Below are positions 59,215-64,000 of a stretch of DNA of 64,000 nucleotides, one piece after another. This DNA is from Thermodesulfobacteriota bacterium (GTDB lineage Bacteria; Desulfobacterota_D; UBA1144; Nemesobacterales; UBA2774), in assembly GCA_965216785.1 (NCBI GenBank), contig OZ244197.1, forward strand, positions 224,001 through 288,000, in the 5' to 3' direction. The translations under genes were made by a program, and so were the position numbers. The notes under the pieces are model-generated. The model searched no databases. It saw only the letters and a list, made by a program, of their open reading frames with translations, and was not told the origin of the DNA. Position 1 is the first letter of the stretch, and each line of letters begins with the position of its first letter.

Positions 59215-59673
59215 TTAGCGGTACTCGGCAATTTCTAAAAGCACGCCGTCAGGGTCGTGAAAGTAGCAAAGAGTTTTACGAACGGGGTTTTGGGCCATAA
59301 GAGTGGCAGGAACCGCTATGGGCTCGCTCAGGAGTTTTACTCCGGCAGCCTTTAGCTTCTCAGAAGCAGCTTGAATATCATCGACTCTAAAAGCTATATG
59401 CCGTAGCCCGATTGTATTTGCCAGGGAATTTACGGGAACCTGATCACCGGTAGGAGATTTATAACATAGAAGCTCGATCTTGGGCTCTTCTTCGGGAGCT
59501 ACAATGAATACCACGTCCGCAGCCACCCCCTTAAGCCCTACTATGTCCTCTATCCACTCCCCTTCCAGATGGACTCTGTTTATTTCCTTAAAACCCAGAA
59601 GCTCTGTATAAAACTTTACTGACCTCTCAAGGTCTGAGACTACTATGTTTATGTGGTCGATTGCGCTTATCAT
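59215..59673 (-). CDS. VOC family protein
   Basis: 'IDHINIVVSDLERS..FY', 'GLRHIAFRVDDI', 'YFHDPDG.LLE'. Confidence 0.92.
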   Translation of the reverse strand: MISAIDHINIVVSDLERSVKFYTELLGFKEINRVHLEGEWIEDIVGLKGVAADVVFIVAPEEEPKIELLCYKSPTGDQVPVNSLANTIGLRHIAFRVDDIQAASEKLKAAGVKLLSEPIAVPATLMAQNPVRKTLCYFHDPDGVLLEIAEYR

Positions 59674-59684
59674 GTCTGAAAACT

Positions 59685-60887
59685 TTAGTGGCTCTCTAGC
59701 TTTATTTTCTTATCCTTAAGCGCCTGCACCGCGAGCTTAAGACCCCCCAGTGTGAGCGGAAACATGCGGTCTTCCATAAACTCCCGCACCATTCCAATTG
59801 ACTCAGTGTAGCCCCAGTCTTCATAAGGCACCGGGTTCAGCCATACAATATCGGGGAACTGGGTCTTTAGCCTCTCCAGCCACACAAACCCCGCCTCGTC
59901 GTTATTGTGCTCAACGCTCCCGTTCTGATACAAAAGCTCGTAAGGAGACATGGAAGCGTCCCCAACCATAATAACCTTGTAGTCGCTGTTATAGGTGTTC
60001 AGTACTTCGAGTGTTGGGATTGTTTCTTCCCAGCGTCTTCTATTATCTCTCCAGACAGACTCGTAAAGACAGTTATGAAAGTAGTAATGCTCAAGGTGCT
60101 TAAATTCGTATTTTGCCGCGGAGAAAAGCCTGGAGCATAGCTCTATGTGATCGTCCATTGAACCGCCAATGTCGAGGAACAAAAGCACTTTTACGTTATT
60201 CTTTTTTGCCGGAACCATCTCAAGCTCGAGCAGCCCGGCGTTTTTTGAGGTCGTTTCTATAGTACGGTCAAGATCAAGCTCTTCATCGACCCCTTCGCGC
60301 GTGAGTATACGGAGCCTTCTTAAAGCCATTTTCATATTCCTCGTCTGAAGCTCTACGCCATCGTCAAGATCACGGAACTCGCGCTTGTCCCACACCTTAA
60401 CAGCCCTTCGGTGCCTGCTCTCTTCCTGCCCTATCCTAATGCCTTCAGGGTTATAGCCGTACGCGCCGAACGGGGAAGTACCCCCGGTGCCTATCCACTT
60501 GTTCCCGCCCTGGTGGCGCTTTTTTTGCTTTTCCATAAGCTCCTTCAGTCTATCCAAGAGCTTATCGAGCCCGCCCATTTTTTTAATCATCTCCTTTTCT
60601 TCATCCGTAAGCGCGTTAACGAAGCTCTTCCTGAGCCAGTCCTCGGGAATCTTCATAAATTCTTCAGTATCGATTGTCTCCACACCTTCAAAGAAATAAC
60701 CGAACAGTAAGTCAAAGCGGTCGAGTTGATGCTCATGCTTTACGAGTGAGAAGCGGGAGAGGTAGTAGAAATCATCTACGCTGTACTCTACCACGTCCTT
60801 GTCGAGGGCTTCGAGGAAGGTTAGGTATTCTCTTATAGTGACCGGGAAACCGTCATTTTTGAGTAGAAGAAAAAAGTCCAGAAACAT
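59685..60887 (-). CDS. VWA domain protein (CoxE-like), partner of a MoxR ATPase
   Basis: 'GGNKWIGTGGTSPFG', MIDAS-like 'DIGGSMD', 'VGDASMSPYE', 'WLNP'; start moved to ATG 60887. Confidence 0.9.
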   Translation of the reverse strand: MFLDFFLLLKNDGFPVTIREYLTFLEALDKDVVEYSVDDFYYLSRFSLVKHEHQLDRFDLLFGYFFEGVETIDTEEFMKIPEDWLRKSFVNALTDEEKEMIKKMGGLDKLLDRLKELMEKQKKRHQGGNKWIGTGGTSPFGAYGYNPEGIRIGQEESRHRRAVKVWDKREFRDLDDGVELQTRNMKMALRRLRILTREGVDEELDLDRTIETTSKNAGLLELEMVPAKKNNVKVLLFLDIGGSMDDHIELCSRLFSAAKYEFKHLEHYYFHNCLYESVWRDNRRRWEETIPTLEVLNTYNSDYKVIMVGDASMSPYELLYQNGSVEHNNDEAGFVWLERLKTQFPDIVWLNPVPYEDWGYTESIGMVREFMEDRMFPLTLGGLKLAVQALKDKKIKLESH

Positions 60888-60906
60888 TAATATGCCCCTA
60901 TAAACC

Positions 60907-61743
60907 CTAGCGTCTAAACCTGAGCCTAATACGTTTAAGAAGGTCCTGGTCCTGCTCATTCTTGAGAAGCGCACCCGCGTATGGCGGCAGCTTTTCAGAA
61001 AGGTCAACTTCGCCGAGCTCCTGCTCTGTGACCTTGCCGACCATAAGAAGCTTTAGCCAGTCTATAAGCTCGCTTGTGGTGGGCTTTTTCTTAAGCCCGT
61101 CTATCTGCCTCAGGTCATAAAAGATACTCATGGCGTTCTCGATCAGCTTGTTTTGAAGCTTGGGGTAGTGGACCTTTACGATAGCCTTAAGCGTCTCTCT
61201 TTCGGGGAAGCTGATGTAGTGGAAGAAACAGCGTCTAAGAAACGCGTCCGGAAGCTCTTTTTCATTATTGGACGTGATTATTACTATAGGACGTTTATTG
61301 GCCTTTACAGTAGCTTTAAGCTCATAACAGTAAAACTCCATCTTATCGAGCTCTAAGAGAAGGTCGTTCGGGAACTCTATATCGGCCTTATCTATCTCGT
61401 CGATCAACAGCACGACTTGCTTTTTGGATTCAAAGGCCTCCCAGAGCTTTCCTTTGTTAATATAATTCGCGATATCACTTACACGCTCGTCCCCAAGCTG
61501 GGAGTCGCGGAGCCTGGACACCGCGTCGTACTCGTATAGTCCCTGCTGAGCGGACGTAGTGGACTTAATGTGCCAGGTAATGAGGTCCATCCCCAGCGCG
61601 CCCGCAACTTCATAGGCAAGCATCGTCTTACCCGTTCCGGGCTCGCCCTTTATCAGCAGCGGTCTTTCCAGCGTAACCGATGCGTTTACAGCAAGATTTA
61701 AATCCCGTGTGGATATATAATTCTCTGTTCCTTCAAATTTCAT
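60907..61743 (-). CDS. MoxR family AAA+ ATPase
   Basis: GEPGTGKT, 'LYEYDAVSRLRD', 'DEIDKAD.EFPNDLL', 'LPDAFLRRC'. Confidence 0.93.
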   Translation of the reverse strand: MKFEGTENYISTRDLNLAVNASVTLERPLLIKGEPGTGKTMLAYEVAGALGMDLITWHIKSTTSAQQGLYEYDAVSRLRDSQLGDERVSDIANYINKGKLWEAFESKKQVVLLIDEIDKADIEFPNDLLLELDKMEFYCYELKATVKANKRPIVIITSNNEKELPDAFLRRCFFHYISFPERETLKAIVKVHYPKLQNKLIENAMSIFYDLRQIDGLKKKPTTSELIDWLKLLMVGKVTEQELGEVDLSEKLPPYAGALLKNEQDQDLLKRIRLRFRR

Positions 61744-61858
61744 ATTAAAACCTCTTTATCGCTTTCATATTACGTATACGCAAATCTTAGCGCCGCGATC
61801 ATTATTCAGTATACGTTTGGGCAGATCATCAATCAAATAACACTATATGAATATTGTA

Positions 61859-62230
61859 CTAAATAGCATCCGAAGGGTTTACATCTTCAGCATGCCAGGG
61901 AGGTATGCTCATAACCATAAGCCTGTTTTTTGAGGAGGCTTCCAGAATCTTATGGTGCACGCCTTTTCGAACAACTAACATGTCACCCTCGGACAACTCT
62001 TCTGTCCAGGTTTTTCCGGATTCCGGATCGTGGAACTTACAATTCATACCGCCTTCGAGTACATAAAAAATCTCATCGAATGTTTTATGAAAATGGGTAG
62101 CCATGGGACCAAGGTCAACTCCTATGGCGAGTCCCATTTTATCGTATTCACTTGCACCCAGTATCTCCCTCATTTCCCTTGCGTAGTCACATTCATGAAT
62201 TATCTGGTCTTCTGGTTTTTTATGGATCAT
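61859..62230 (-). CDS. Cupin domain protein
   Basis: 'HFHKTFDEIFYVLEG' and 'GD...V..GVHH'. Confidence 0.88.
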   Translation of the reverse strand: MIHKKPEDQIIHECDYAREMREILGASEYDKMGLAIGVDLGPMATHFHKTFDEIFYVLEGGMNCKFHDPESGKTWTEELSEGDMLVVRKGVHHKILEASSKNRLMVMSIPPWHAEDVNPSDAI

Positions 62231-62326
62231 TCAATTCCTCCGTCTTTGAAAACTCTTTTCTGATGCACCGCGCATTCAGTACAATAGCCTAAGAATACAT
62301 AAGCTTTTCGTATAAACCAGGCGGAT

Positions 62327-64000
62327 TTACTTCTGAGCTACGCGCTCTAGCAGCTTATAAACGCGGTCAACAACGCTTCGTGGGTCGTCCATAAAGCCTG
62401 CGGAAATGAGAGTGTTGTCGAATATCTGCTCCGCTACGGTTTTTGCCAGGTCTTCATCACTACTCCTGAGTGAGGACAAGTTCTTAATCAGCGCGTGGTT
62501 AGGGTTTATCTCTAAGTTTATAGAATCACTCAGACCGTCGTCCTTTTTCATCGCTTTCATCATCCTTCGTATCGAAGGCGTTATATGCTTATCCGCGTAC
62601 ACCGCGATTGCGGGGCTGTCTACGAGGCGCTTACTCACAGCTACCTCATTTACCCTCTCGCCCAAGGCGGCTTTTATCCACGTACATAGCCCATCTGACT
62701 CTTCATCGGGCATAGTGTCGCCTTTTTGCCCGGCATCCTCTTTGCCAAGCTCGATCTCAGCGCTATCGGCAGAGACGAGAGGCTTGTCTAAAAATTTTCC
62801 AAGCCCTGTCATTACAAACTCATCCACGGGCTCATAGAGATACAGCACCTCAAAGCCCTTGGCCTTAAACGCTTCGAGCTGAGGGCCTGACTCCAGGGTC
62901 TCGCGGTTTGGTGAATAGAGGTAGTAGATCTCCTTTTGGTCCTCACCCATGCGGCTCACATAATCTTCAAGCGTTGTGAGCTTTCCTTTCTCTGTCGCAG
63001 AGGATTCATAACGGAGGAGCTTTGCTAGGGCTTCGCGGTTCTTAAAATCCGCTGCCACCCCTTCTTTAATGAATATCGAGAACTCGCCGTAGAATTTCTC
63101 ATATTTTTCAGGGTCTTTTTTAGCTTCCTCTTCGAGGAACTTAATAAACCTTCCAGTTATTACCTGCCCAATTTTATGGGCAAGCTGGCTGTCCTGCATC
63201 GTCTCGCGCGATATGTTTAGCGGGAGATCAGCGCTGTCCACGACCCCTTTAAGAAAGCGCATCCAGTCGGGCAGCAATCCCTGTGGGTGCGAGTCGATCA
63301 GGATTTTTTTACAGTAAAGACTCACCCCCGGGTCGAGCTTGCCAAAGCCCAGGCGCTCGGGGTTTTCTCCGGGCACGAAAACGAGCGAGTTTATTTCAAG
63401 CGGGGCTTCAGAGCTAAACTGCATTGTATACATAGGCTCGTCAAAGGCGTTTGACTGAAATTTATAAAACTCCTGATACTCCTCGTCCGTGATCTCGCTT
63501 TTGCTCCTCATCCATATAGGCTGGACATTGTTTAGCTGCTCGCCGTTTAATTTGAGCGGGAACTGAACGAAGCTCGAGTAGTGTGCGAGTACTTCTCTCA
63601 CGCGGGCTTCAGAAGAAAATTCCTTTTCTTCTTCCTTAAGGCGAACAACGATTTTTGTACCGCGTCTTACGCCCTTTACGGTTTCGAGCTCATAAGTGCC
63701 CGAGCCGTCGCTCTTCCAAAGCAGGCTCTTTGATGTCTTTTTCCAGTTGTGCGAGTAGACCTCGACCTCAGCTGCCACCATAAACACGCTGTAGAAACCG
63801 ACTCCAAACTGTCCGATCAGGTTTTCGCCGACTTCTGCACCTTCTTTGAGAGCGTTTAAGAAAGCCTTTGATCCCGAGTGCGCGATAGTACCCAGGTTCT
63901 CCACGAGCTCATCACGTGTCATACCGATCCCGTGGTCCTCTATCGTAATGGTATTTTCCTTCTCATCCGTATGTATGTTTATCTCCAGAGGCAACTCTTC
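62327..64000 (-). CDS. htpG: Chaperone HtpG (5' end outside the window)
   Basis: 'DHGIGMT...NLGTIAHSG', 'IGQFGVGFYS', 'DLPLNISRE', 'LEINP.H'. Confidence 0.97.
   Translation of the reverse strand, partial: EELPLEINIHTDEKENTITIEDHGIGMTRDELVENLGTIAHSGSKAFLNALKEGAEVGENLIGQFGVGFYSVFMVAAEVEVYSHNWKKTSKSLLWKSDGSGTYELETVKGVRRGTKIVVRLKEEEKEFSSEARVREVLAHYSSFVQFPLKLNGEQLNNVQPIWMRSKSEITDEEYQEFYKFQSNAFDEPMYTMQFSSEAPLEINSLVFVPGENPERLGFGKLDPGVSLYCKKILIDSHPQGLLPDWMRFLKGVVDSADLPLNISRETMQDSQLAHKIGQVITGRFIKFLEEEAKKDPEKYEKFYGEFSIFIKEGVAADFKNREALAKLLRYESSATEKGKLTTLEDYVSRMGEDQKEIYYLYSPNRETLESGPQLEAFKAKGFEVLYLYEPVDEFVMTGLGKFLDKPLVSADSAEIELGKEDAGQKGDTMPDEESDGLCTWIKAALGERVNEVAVSKRLVDSPAIAVYADKHITPSIRRMMKAMKKDDGLSDSINLEINPNHALIKNLSSLRSSDEDLAKTVAEQIFDNTLISAGFMDDPRSVVDRVYKLLERVAQK

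Noticed and set aside
37710-61007. Long N-terminal extensions or overlaps in the ORF track for purM, glyS and the VWA gene
   Set aside because: Each has a downstream ATG at the conserved N-terminus, so these are longest-ORF artefacts (unlike ygfA).
59685-61743. MoxR-VWA pair as a defence system
   Set aside because: It is a widespread chaperone-like pair with no adjacent effector or ternary-system genes.

Overview
A bacterial chromosomal window made up mostly of core genes, with a deltaproteobacterial-style gene order. Ca. Dadabacteria/Desulfobacterota-like is my inference only. It holds two type IVa pilus clusters: pilMNOPQ followed by two unknown lipoproteins and preceded by a c-di-GMP-I (GEMM) riboswitch, and pilB-pilT-pilC-pilS-pilR without pilA. 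It also has a sigma54-driven amt + outer-membrane porin pair, tRNA-Phe and tRNA-Pro, glucosylglycerate synthesis genes, a class III PHA cluster with two PhaE-like paralogs, and housekeeping genes (miaB, trmFO, surE, purM, glyQS, rny, prfA, purU, htpG). The most unusual signals are non-coding. (1) A 6S-RNA-shaped long hairpin sits at the canonical zapA-ygfA position, but two open reading frames run through it. (2) A structured repeat family (GGGGAC[A/G]GA + covarying hairpin) occurs as a 44-bp tandem array before miaB and as same-orientation copies bracketing the porin gene. I saw no integrase, transposase, CRISPR array or defence island. All calls are by eye; no searches were run.
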